DNA of 63,380 bases, counting the filler, from Octopus bimaculoides (Eukaryota): NCBI RefSeq assembly GCF_001194135.2. It is 6 parts of 6 records of this genome, joined end to end, with 100 filler letters (N's around TTAATTAATTAA, not from the genome) between each part and the next. Parts side by side here need not be neighbours in the genome. Positions count along the whole stretch, not along the records: positions 20,120 to 28,608 come from NC_068982.1; positions 28,709 to 55,424 come from NC_068992.1; 4 more parts are not named here. One strand, 5' to 3'. Shown here piece after piece: positions 23,617 through 34,330 of the stretch. The position numbers and the translations under genes were made by a program. A model generated the notes under the pieces. That model made no database searches, was not told the DNA's origin, and saw only the letters and a program-made list of their open reading frames with translations. Each line of letters opens with the position of its first letter. The first letter of the stretch is position 1.

Positions 23617-25416
23617 TTTTGTGTCAGTAGTGGCATTACTTCTCACAGAGACCATATGAAGTAGTGAATGCGTGTGGTGTGAGCTAACTCAAAACATCAA
23701 CAATTATTAGTGTTAACCAATTCTTTAATGTTGTAATACGCACGTACTCACTGTATCTGTTTAGATCAAGATCGACAAGGGTGTAATATAGATAAATGTG
23801 TCGGCCGAAAATACAGCAATGCGTCAGAAACGTACTTAGAGCGAGATATTCGGATTTGGCAGTAGAGCAAGATATTTATTAACAAGAACAGCCCGCAAAT
23901 CAAGCAACTGTGGTCCATCATTAATGGGTAACACACACAGGAAGACACCCACACATTCATACAACACATGTGCGTACATAATTCATACATACACATGTAT
24001 GCATTTATATATACATATATATNNNNNNNNNNNNNNNNNNNNNNNNNNNNNNNNNNNNNNNNNNNNNNNNNNNNNNNNNNNNNNNNNNNNNNNNNNNNNN
24101 NNNNNNNNNNNNNNNNNNNNNNNNNNNNNNNNNNNNNNNNNNNNNNNNNNNNNNNNNNNNNNNNNNNNNNNNNNNNNNNNNNNNNNNNNNNNNNNNNNNN
24201 NNNNNNNNNNNNNNNNNNNNNNNNNNNNNNNNNNNNNNNNNNNNNNATATATACTTGTATATATGTGTGTGTGTGCATATATCTTTATATATACATATAT
24301 GCATGCATATCTGTATAACAGTATACAAGCACTCTAACACATGCATATATATTCATATATATCTATATGTATTTATATATATGTATATATGTTTATATGT
24401 ATTTGTATGTATGTATGTATGTATGTATGCATGTATGTATGTATGTACGTATGTATGTGTGTGTATGTATATTACTTACTCAGTTACACAATGATATAGA
24501 ATTTTCAGAGAATGTCTTATGCTGTTCGACTAAAGTATATTATTGATATATTCTGCTACAATTACATTAGATATACTTGATTGTGTGTGTGTGTGTGTGT
24601 ATAAACGCATGTATGCGTTTATGTGTGTGTAATATCTCCATATACATACATATATGTGTATATATATGTGTGTTTGCATATATATATATACATATATATA
24701 TATANNNNNNNNNNNNNNNNNNNNNNNNNNNNNNNNNNNNNNNNNNNNNNNNNNNNNNNNNNNNNNNNNNNNNNNNNNNNNNNNNNNNNNNNNNNNNNNN
24801 NNNNNNNNNNNNNNNNNNNNNNNNNNNNNNNNNNNNNNNNNNNNNNNNNNNNNNNNNNNNNNNNNNNNNNNNNNNNNNNNNNNNNNNNNNNNNNNNNNNN
24901 NNNNNNNNNNNNNNNNNNNNNNNNNNNNNNNNNNNNNNNNNNNNNNNNNNNNNNNNNNNNNNNNNNNNNNNNNNNNNNNNNNNNNNNNNNNNNNNNNNNN
25001 NNNNNNNNNNNNNNNNNNNNNNNNNNNNNNNNNNNNNNNNNATATATATGTATACATAAAATAAATATCGTACATCATATGTGAGTGGAATTAGTTGTGC
25101 TGCATTTAATTCAAACTCATCTTTGGCACTATTTATCTTATTTACTTCATCTGTGTTGCTACTTCATTAACCAACTTGGATCTGTAATTATGCCGATGAT
25201 TTTTTTTATCCTTTTCTGTATTTTTGTTATTTGTCATATGGTAAATAGATGGAAATGAAGTTTTACATTCGCACAATCACATGAATCTATGCTTGTGTAT
25301 ACATGTATACATGTGTATAACTGTGTGCGTGTGTGTGCATATATGTGTATGTGTATGTGCGTGTGTGCATCTGTGCATGCATGTATGTATCTATTCAGGT
25401 AGGTAGGTAGGTAGGT

Positions 25417-25630
25417 AGTCGTTGTCGTCGTGGCACTCCGTCGGTTACGACGACGCGTGTTCCAGTTGATCCGAACAACGGAACAGCCTGCTCGTGAAAT
25501 TAACGTGCAAGTGGCTGAGCACTCCACAAACATTTGTAGCCTTAACGTAGTCCTCGGGGAGATCCAGCGTGACACAGAGTGTGATAACGCTGGCCCTTTG
25601 AAATGCAGGTATAACAGAAACAGGAAGAAG
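25417..25630 (-). mobile_element. SINE body/3' end (cephalopod-type core), headless
   Basis: ggcactccgtcggttacgacgac..ttccagttgatccga.caacggaacagcctgctcgtgaaattaacgtgcaagtggctgagcactccaca, recalled as an abundant octopus repeat. The ttcttcctgtttct junction is shared with 8255-8568. Confidence 0.75.
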
Positions 25631-25815
25631 GTGCGTGAGAAGGTTGTATTTCTTGTCGTGAGGTAGGCTCATCCGGAACCTTTGACAGGAGATCTAGATT
25701 TGTTTTGAAGACACCTACATCCACACCATACAGCTCTCTGAGATATTTAGAAGGATATTGAAGAGTTGTGGGCCCTTGAAGCCCAAGCTGCAACACTATC
25801 TAGTCCCATGTTTTG
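25630..25815 (-). mobile_element. CR1-group LINE ORF2 C-terminal fragment
   Basis: LGLQGPTTLQYPSKYLRELYGVDVGVFKTNLDLLSKVPDEPTSRQE resembles GP.LFN.LP..LR.L.G....FK..LD..LS.VPDEP. Confidence 0.7.
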
Positions 25816-26059
25816 ATGGTGATGTTGGGATGTTGCTACTATGCAGCGGCACCCTGTTTTTCTCTTTGTATCAATTAGTTATAAGGATTCTATAGCGTTT
25901 TGAAATATCAACTTGTAGAATACCAGAAATGGTTAGATACACAGTGAGTTCACTGTAAGGTAAACAACGGTGAAAATATCAAGTGTTAGTAAGGCACATT
26001 AGATGCGTAAGTACCAAATCAAATTTAGACTGTAGATCCGATTCAGGATCAATTCTAAA

Positions 26060-26700
26060 GAGAGAGAAGAGGAAAATAACCTGGTTCAACCCCCTATTAA
26101 GTCTAGATGTCTCCGCAAATATAGGAACTTCTTATGCTTAATAAAGTAACAAACAAACTACAGAACAATGCCTTAAGTATCTTAATGTACATAATGTTAA
26201 AGTAAGATAAAATATCACTTCTAATAATGCTAGCTAAATCAGAAGGAAAATACACCTAAAGATGATTGGAATACCCAAAATCAAGCTACCTTTTCATTCA
26301 GTAGATTTCTCCTCACAACAGTGTTGATTTGTATGAGAAGTTAACCGCTATTGAAGTTATTTTAAAGTACTATTGGAGATTACAGACAATGACTTCTAGG
26401 GTAGATTTCATCAACTTAAGAACTCCTTTAAGTCGAGGAACATACTAAACAGTACTTCCTTATCTAATGTAGTGTTTACCTGGATATTCCAGGACCAGAA
26501 ATTTGCCCCTTCCCCACTTCCCAGTACAATCTTAAGTATTCTAAACAATTTTTTTCCTATTCGCCCAAAGTGTGCAACTGTTAGCTTTTCTCTGCGACAA
26601 CTACACATATTAAAACAGCTAAGTGCGTAGCTTAACAACAAAGCTAAACTCCAATTCTGTTTTCATAAACTATTGATGCTTCAATACATTTTCCGAAAAT
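26060..26700 (+). mobile_element. Penelope-like element linker plus GIY-YIG fragment
   Basis: RKITWFNPLLSLDVSANIG (PLE linker RKIIWFNPP..NV.TNIG) and ITDNDF*GRFHQLKNSFKSRNILNSTSLSN...LHILKQLSA*LNNK. Confidence 0.75.
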
Positions 26701-26948
26701 TGCTAATATTATAATTCTAAGCAGAACGATTTAGAATACTTTTGGTTATTATTTTGAGGTTACATCTCGCCTAGTAGCAGTTAGCATTGACCGCTTGCCC
26801 CATTTGATTTGAACCAGACAATAATAAGGGGACTTACTCATCAGCTAATGACATCTAGTTTTAGTTAGAGGTTGAGAATGCCCTTCTCTTCAGAACTAAA
26901 CATATGAAAGATTACTTATGTATTACAGAACTGAAACATTAAGCAATG

Positions 26949-26993
26949 TTATTATAAACCAAACGGTTGTATCAACCGTTTGGTTTATAATAA
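26949..26993. repeat. Perfect 21-bp inverted repeat with a 3-nt loop
   Basis: TTATTATAAACCAAACGGTTG-tat-CAACCGTTTGGTTTATAATAA. Confidence 0.95.
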
Positions 26994-27735
26994 TTTATGC
27001 TATATGAGTGAATGAATATAAATATTCATACAGGATTTTCGTGGTTACTGTCACTGTCTACAATTTTGTTCCAATTGTTTTCAAATTTGGTATATGGATT
27101 AAGTTTTATATACTAATTATGAAAATGAAATTCATTTTTCTTATAAATGCATAATCAAAACGTTATTAGCCTTTAAAATTTGCAAAATTTGGGTATTTTA
27201 GCCAATCAGAAGCGAGTATTTTACTCATCACCATGAAGTTCTTTTAGCATACTAAGCTAAGAAGCACCACGTGTTCCATAGCTGATTGCGAAGAACTCTG
27301 TTTCCATAGTAACCAAAGATGCTGCTCATGCTCACAAGGAGTGTAACTACCAAACAGAGTGTAATCAACAAATTTAGAGTACCTGGGATCTTTAAAGCGT
27401 GGAAACAAACGCTGATGTGGGACACACCGTTCCATGGTTGACTTTTATCTTTGTGAATTTATGTGGAGAAGGAGATGTCAGAAAGATAATTTATTTTATA
27501 AAAACCTAGAGTGTATTGTAAAGTTTCGCTCTTCAGTTTTTAACTATTAAATGTTTATACGGTTCTATATTAAAGAGATGAAGAATTATTTACATTATTT
27601 ACATTTGACGGATAGTTGTCCTCATCTTGTTTGTTGTTAACAACGTTCCGGCTGATGTACTCTCCAGCCTTCATCAGGTGTCCTAGGGGAATTTCGAACC
27701 GGAGTTTTCATTCCTAAGGTATTTTTCTGATGCTG

Positions 27736-27772
<37 letters not shown>

Positions 27773-28105
27773 CATTATTATTATTATTATTATTATTATT
27801 GTTGTTATTATTATTATTCAGGTCTCGGGATCTTGGGGTTAGTAGACAGCGCTCTTAACCACTACGCCATATGCCCGTGGGCAATTATGGAGTGAATTTT
27901 AGGACTTATAAATCTAACATTTTTTTTTAATAATAGAGAATACTACTTGAAAATACGAAAACTAAAAGAGGTAGCACATATGTTAGGACATAGTAACCTC
28001 CTAAGCAGACCTAGTAAAGATATGAGTCGCATATGGGAACCGGTACTAAGGAAGCATAGGAAAATATATTAATAAGCCCTAGAATTCACTCCATAATTGC
28101 CCATA

Positions 28106-28178
28106 GGCATATAGCGTAGTGGTTAAAAGCACAGGCTACTAAGCCCAAGATTCCGAGTTCGAGTCCAAGTAGTGATCT
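28106..28178 (+). promoter_or_regulatory. tRNA-like Pol III promoter segment (pseudo-tRNA, Arg-like)
   Basis: A-box-like tagcgtagtgg, anticodon-loop-like ctactaa, B box gagttcgagtcc. The acceptor stem does not close. The left-arm copy (27817-27876) lacks the B box. Confidence 0.65.
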
Positions 28179-28246
28179 TAATATTGATAATATTAACATC
28201 GGAAAATACCTTAGGAATGAGAACCCAGGTTCGATATTGCCCCAGG

Positions 28247-28290
28247 ACACCTGATGAAGGCTGGAAAGTACTTCAGCCGAAACGTTGTGT
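28247..28290 (+). ncRNA. Minimal type I hammerhead (PLE-type, palindromic helix III)
   Basis: ACAC CTGATGA a GGCTG-gaaagtactt-CAGCC GAAA CG T T GTGT: helix I ACAC/GTGT, helix II 5 bp, ACGT palindrome, GTT cleavage triplet. Confidence 0.65.
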
Positions 28291-28368
28291 AAGCAACAAA
28301 CAAGACGAGGACAAATATCGGTTAAATTTAAATAATGTAATAAATGTTTGTTTTAAGCAGTGTTTTAA

Positions 28369-28600
28369 CTGTTATTTCTAGCAACTCCTTTTGGATTGCT
28401 CGCACCTTTAAATATTTAATTTGCTCATGAATATAATAATGATTTTTCAGTTTACTTTGCTCGTATATATATATCAATGTTTTGGCTGTTATTTCTAGCA
28501 ACTCCTGCTGGTTTGCTCGTAGCGTTTAAATATTTCATTTGCTCGCAAATCTATTAATGTTTTTTACTGTTTACTGCAGCTGGTTTAATGTATTGACATG
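28369..28600. repeat. Two tandem ~117-bp units
   Basis: ctgttatttctagcaactcct..ttgctcg..tttaaatattt.atttgctc at 28369 and 28486. Confidence 0.8.
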
Positions 28601-28709
28601 CCGATGCCNNNNNNNNNNNNNNNNNNNNNNNNNNNNNNNNNNNNNNNNNNNNTTAATTAATTAANNNNNNNNNNNNNNNNNNNNNNNNNNNNNNNNNNNN
28701 NNNNNNNNA

Positions 28710-29030
28710 TTCTTTTTGTTACATCTTCCAGGATTCAATATTTCTAATTCTGAGCGACTTGCTTCTTTTATCTCTTTTCTTTCTCTCACTGCACCTCTTC
28801 CACATTTCTTGGCGTTCTCTTTCTTTAATCTCACTCTTTCCTCTGTTATCTGCTCTGTACTAATTTTTCAATCCGTCTACCTCCTACCTCTCTCTGTTCC
28901 TCCCACGTGATCGGTGTTCGGCCAAGCATGATCTTTTTTTCTTGGCATTACCGCCGCCTGAACAACACCTCATTTTCCTGTCTTCTGACTTTCATCCATT
29001 TTTGTGCATTAAGGCATCCACTTTACACGC
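28710..29030 (-). mobile_element. Decayed LINE-like coding fragment
   Basis: A purine-rich minus frame with few stops (ESQKTGK*GVVQAAVMPRKKDHAW...ERVRLKKE) resembles LINE ORF2 C-termini. Family not assigned. Confidence 0.3.
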
Positions 29031-29386
29031 CAGCTCAATTTAACTTGTTCTTATTAGTCGAGAAACACCTGTTGTTGCTCTTGTTGTTTGTATTTGTAAT
29101 CGTGTAATATTTTCTCCATTTTCTCGTATTTTTCTGTATTGTTGCACATATTCGCTTGCATTTCTCCAAAAATATAATGCCCTTAGGTTAGATTTTTGGG
29201 GCCTACCAATTTTGAACAGTCTCAAAAGTAATAAGCCGAAACTGTAATGATGATTGAAGCGTGAATGATGAATGAAAGCCACGAACGTTCATCTTGGTTT
29301 TTCCTGTCTGTCCGTATGCTTTTATTGTCGACCATTACGTTCTTATTTCGTTTATATATACACATGTGTGTGTGCACGTGTGTGTA

Positions 29387-29422
<36 letters not shown>

Positions 29423-29439
29423 TGTGTGTGTGTTTGTGT

Positions 29440-29640
29440 GTGTTTGTGTTTCTATGTCTGTCCCCCAACATCGCTTGACAACCGACGCTGGTGTGTTTAC
29501 GTCCGCGTAACTTAGGGGTTCGGCAAAACAAAACGATAGAATAAGTACTAGGCTTACAAAGAATAAGTTCTTTGGACGATTTGCTCGACTAAAGGTGGTG
29601 CCCGAGCATGGCCTTTGTCAAATGACTGAAAACAATTATA
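29440..29640 (+). mobile_element. SINE 3' half after (GT)n
   Basis: gtcccccaacatcgcttgacaaccgacgctggtgtgtttacgtcc...gaataagtactaggcttacaaagaataag. Confidence 0.85.
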
Positions 29641-29746
29641 GAATATGTACGAAAGTAATTAGTATAAAAACCATAAATGTTTCATACTACATGCATTATA
29701 TGCACTACTAACAGTTTCACTTCCATATGTACGTTCCTGAAGCATT

Positions 29747-29798
<52 letters not shown>

Positions 29799-29956
29799 TA
29801 TATNNNNNNNNNNNNNNNNNNNNNNNNNNNNNNNNNNNNNNNNNNNNNNNNNNNNNNNNNNNNNNNNNNNNNNNNNNNNNNNNNNNNNNNNNNNNNNNNN
29901 NNNNNNNNNNNNNNNNNNNNNNNNNNNNNNNNTATATATATATATATATATATATC

Positions 29957-30285
29957 GGAGACCTCCTTCGGTTACGAATGACCACGGGATTGAACCTAGA
30001 ATGTTACATTCCGAGGCACAAGTCCGAGCAAGGTTGTTTATAGAAGACCATCTCTCGCCCATACATACCAGACTCTTCTCTCCACGCCCCCGATGTTATC
30101 CAAGTGAAAGCCAAAGGCCGACACAGCTTGGCACCAGTGACGTCACAACTCATTTCTACAGGTGAGTGAACTGGAGCAACGTGAAATAAAGTGTCTTGCT
30201 CACGAACACAACACGCAACCTGGTCCAGTATTCGGACACACAACCTCACGGTCGTAAGTTTAACGCTCTAGCCACTGAGCCATGA
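29957..30285 (-). mobile_element. tRNA-derived SINE (same family as 2975-3238)
   Basis: The reverse complement begins catggctcagtggctagagcg.. and contains ctacaggtgagtgaactggagcaacgtgaaataaagtgtcttgctca. Confidence 0.85.
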
Positions 30286-31129
30286 TATATATTATTGCAG
30301 TATACACCTTTCTTTTGTATACTTTTTTCTACTGAAGTCTAACTTTAACAAGTCACTTGCTATAAAAATGACAAGTGGATGCTAAAAATAATTATTTGGT
30401 ACAATGGCTATATAAAATTATTTGAAAGATAGGAATGTATATGCAGAATGATGGCGAATCAATAGAAGTGAGCTTAAGGTAATATAATAGTGATATGAAA
30501 TTAAAAAAAAAAAGATGTGCCACCTCCGAAATATGCCGATGAATTTTTTATCATTACTGAACATGATGATTTAAACAATGAATGTTCAAAGGGTTATGAA
30601 GAAGCATTTATGCCGTAGAACTCTGTAATACAGAAAATATTTCCTACGACAATTGATGTATACTGTAATGCATAAAAACGGCTAACTCTCCTTCCCATTG
30701 TTTCTATGTGTACTTCCCTCTTCATTTTCTTTTTAATGATGTATTCATGATGTTAAATTTCAACTTCGAAAATGAGAGGATATTTTCGTAAGTTAATTTA
30801 GTCTTCTTCGTACTAGTCTTTCGTATATATGACAAAATTTACATTCTGAAATGTAATGTAGGAAATAATAATTACTTGTTCCTGATGAATGACGTTTAAG
30901 ATTCTTTCGAATGTCATGCGGAATTTTGATATAAATGAAATTAGAATAATTTACATGTCTTTTTGTGTGTATCAATATCGTAGTGGATTCGTCTGTGATG
31001 ATTTTACTATTCATTCAACTGAATTTCTTCATCTGTTGTATTACACTATGTCAAAACATTGATACTTCAAAAATAAAGGAATGCAATAATAGTAACGGCC
31101 TGTTTTTAGTATTGCAATAACAAAAATTA

Positions 31130-31350
31130 TTTGTACTATACACACAAAGCCAGAAATTTTGGTGGCGAGGTGTCTAGTCGATTACATCAAACTTTGTGCT
31201 CTTCTGGTTCATATTTTAACCGCCTAGAAAGCATGAAAGGTAGAGTTAATCTCCGCAGAATTTGAACCCAGAAAGTAGAGTGCCGGAACAAATGCTGCTA
31301 AGCATTTTATCCGACTGCTTACTATTTCTACCAGATCACTCCCAATAACA
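31130..31350 (-). mobile_element. Decayed SINE (3' fragment also at 8612-8670)
   Basis: tactatacacacaaagccagaaatt...tagtcgattacatc...gcagaatttgaacccagaa resembles 8612 tactattagcacaaaacctgaaattt...agtcaattaca. Confidence 0.55.
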
Positions 31351-31749
31351 ATGATAATAATAAACTTGCTTTATTGGTTACAAGGAGGACAAAAAAGCGT
31401 TTAGATGGACACACTGACAAGAAAGAGCGTGGATAAACATGAATAAATCATAAACGATAATAATTTTTAAAAAAAACATTTATAAAAGCAATTATCTATT
31501 AGACGGAAAACATGAATCAGTGGTGAATAACGATCACCACAGATTGTTACTTACTCTACTCATAAGAAGAATAAAGGAAAGTGTTTTCTGTTTTGCGAAC
31601 TTTTTCAGCCTACTATCAACAGCTTTCACTACAACAATACACTCAGGCTATTCTCACTATTTTCGCACACTATTTTGCAAATTTACTGGGAGCAAAACCC
31701 CCTTCTTCATCCTCACTTTTCTTTTTAAGTAGGACCTAAAAATTCAGCG

Positions 31750-33500
31750 AGCGTTTGGCAATAGTCACCAAACAATGGAAAACTGCGTACTTTCCCAGAA
31801 CAGGAAGTCAGTGGGCCACATATCATGATAGAGACAGTTGATAGTCAGATCCGTCCTGCCCCTGCTAGCAGCTATTCAACATTTCTCCCATAGTCAGCTA
31901 AGATGGAGCACTGTACAAATGTGCTTAGGACGGATTCGTTGACTGAACGAATATTAGTGTGGTGCTTTTGACAGTTTTGTATATTGCAGCGATCCATCTG
32001 CTGACAAGTCGGAAGCCAGTCACCTACAGGTCAGTTGCAACGTATTGGTGGTAGACGCTCCCGGAAGTTTTCAACTGATGTAAATTTTATGTGGTGAGGG
32101 GCATCCATATCAGATATTTTATCCACCTTTTATAGGATATTTCGTGTGAGATGAAGGTTCTCGTTAAAAGTGTAGTTTGGTTTGGAGCTTGTCTCTGACA
32201 TATCCTCCAAAACATCTATTACAAGCACCGAAATCTTAGTTAACAACTTGGCCCAAAATTCCGCCTTCCATTTAGTACAGTTACAGACCTCAATTCGCTT
32301 AACCGCCATCTTCCTTGTAAGGTTTTTAAACTCGTTTGAAGAACTAGATATTCTCACGTTTTGCTGTCAAGTGTTATATATGTGCTAAGAGGTTCCTGGA
32401 CAAGTTTCGCATATACATAACTCGAAAAACTTAGGTCTGAGAAAGTGCGTGATAAATTTCATACCGCGTTTCCAACACACCAATTGCTCCAAGCGTTTCT
32501 GTTAAATGGCAATTAAAAATCGAGTAAAACAGTCCCTTCTCGATCCATCTTAGCACGAAATGTGAGTTGATACCACGCTGCGCCTCTAGCACTCGTTTCC
32601 ATGCAATGGCTTTATTTCCCTAAGCCTTAGTGTATGCTCCCTCGCAGTAACAGGTAAACCCTTTTGCTCAGCGTCAAGGAATTTTGATTAAGGTCAGGTC
32701 TCCCTATTAGGATATCAGTCGCAATGCCTTTCTTAAATGCATCTTCTACGGCGCTAAACATTTCTCTTACAAAATTTCGCTGCTAAAGCTTATCGACTCT
32801 AAGCAAGTGGCCCTTTTAGAGCTAATTAATAGCGGTTGTTGTCCTATGTCCCTTTCATCTCCCTTTAAACTATTTCTCTAACGAGTTACTGTAATCAGAT
32901 CTCTGGCTATGAAACCAATTTAAGTCGACCATAGAGGTCATATATCTGTAGTTAGTTTAGTAGAGGACGTGGAATTATTCACAATATTTTATAATTCTCT
33001 CCTACCTTACACGATGTTAATATGTGGATATAATCTGTATCACATGGTTCTCTTAGCTCATTTGGAGTATTCATTCGATACCTATCAGCCAACTGGAAAG
33101 ATCTGAAGAATGCTGATATGATTTCTTGCACGCCTCTCGTAACCACTAGTCTCAAACAATCAAAAAGTGCATCCAACACAGCGTCTCCAAAAATATCTAG
33201 CACTAAAGAGTTGAACTTTCCCAGAAAAACCTCAAGACGCCTGAAAAATCTCGGCTGTTCCGGTGGTTGTGGTTAGGCTAAATACAACAACGTTGCCTTT
33301 GTTTGGGTCTAGCAACTCCGAATTGCTATGTGATTCAAGGAACATCGACTGTATCTCAAAACCCAGGTTTCCCTGAAACAACCATCAATCAGAGACAAGA
33401 GGCAGTTTACAAAGCTCTCTTTCTACTAGTTATGGATTACTTTTAACCAAGAGGCTAGCAAAATTTTCCCCAACATGCACTCCACGACGGTTTTCTATAA
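31750..33500 (-). mobile_element. Probable highly decayed retroelement (unassigned)
   Basis: Higher-complexity CpG-rich block with broken minus-strand frames (e.g. ET..HAL.Q..., a zinc-knuckle-like remnant). No clean motif. Confidence 0.25.
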
Positions 33501-34107
33501 AAACGTATTACATAAACTTGGGCAAAACTCAATTTTCCAAGCTAGAGAATCATTCAAATTATACTTACTACATTACTCTGATAGTTGAAAGACACTACAT
33601 ACATGCATAAACACGTGCAGACGCCAGCGCACACACACACATATACATACACATATATATATGTGTATATATATATATATATATATAGTGACTCTGTAGG
33701 GTCATTATCTGTTTCAACGCAGCCCCGAGTCCAAGCTCTCACCAATCAAAACAGTCGTATTCCAGGCTAATATCGAAATACTTCAGGTGCAGAAACTCCT
33801 GGCTCCACAACGATAAATCTGTTGTGCGGGTTTAGTGAGAACCAAACAACACAACACACACACACACATATGTGTATACATATATTGTAAATTGCTTATA
33901 CATATGTATACATTTATATCTACTACAATCTACTCGAAGATTCCCAACTTAGTAACCTTGATCATTGGTTTTTAATATATGTGTATGCGTGTGCTTGTTC
34001 GCTTGAGTGTGTGTCTATGCATTTGTGTGCGTGCGTGCGCGCGCGCGTGTGTGTGTGTCTGTTCGTGTGTGTGTGCATGTGTTTGTGGGATTTTATATGT
34101 GAGAATG

Positions 34108-34330
34108 CGCATAACATAATGGTTAGGGTGCTGTACTCACGATCGCAAGAGCGTTGTGTCAAATACTGGCCCAAGTGGTGCGTTATATTCTTAACCTAAA
34201 CAGTTCATCTCGTGGCGCTCTGCGAGCATCTAAGCACCTGACACGTGGTAATAAGTGGACCGGTTCAGGCAACGTTGATTTGATAGAGGGAGTGAACTAA
34301 TGCGCAGCACGATCATTCGATCATTATAAA
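34108..34330 (+). mobile_element. tRNA-derived SINE (decayed)
   Basis: cataatggttagggtgctgtactcacgatcgcaag.. head similar to 4930. Confidence 0.55.

Larger units (their letters stand above)
27590..28345 (+). mobile_element. PLE 3' end with an inverted terminal-repeat copy; the repeat contains a tRNA-like head and a hammerhead
   Basis: Arms 27590-27910 and 28072-28345 are reverse complements. The spacer encodes NREYYLKIRKLKEVAHMLGHSNLLSRPSKDMSRIWEPVLRKHRKIY* (27932-28072), resembling a PLE GIY-YIG C-terminus. Confidence 0.75.

Noticed and set aside
27250-27370. Cys pattern TCSIADCEELCFHSNQRCCS, like a PAN/Apple domain
   Set aside because: Short, stops immediately, has no donor, and sits in a DNA-transposon-like block.
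27523-27536. Minus-strand CTGAAGAGCGAAAC
   Set aside because: No room for helix II, and no helix I or III pairing.
28106-28178. Possible tRNA gene
   Set aside because: The acceptor stem does not form and there is no T-run terminator. Treated as a tRNA-derived promoter in a repeat; the same holds for the SINE heads.
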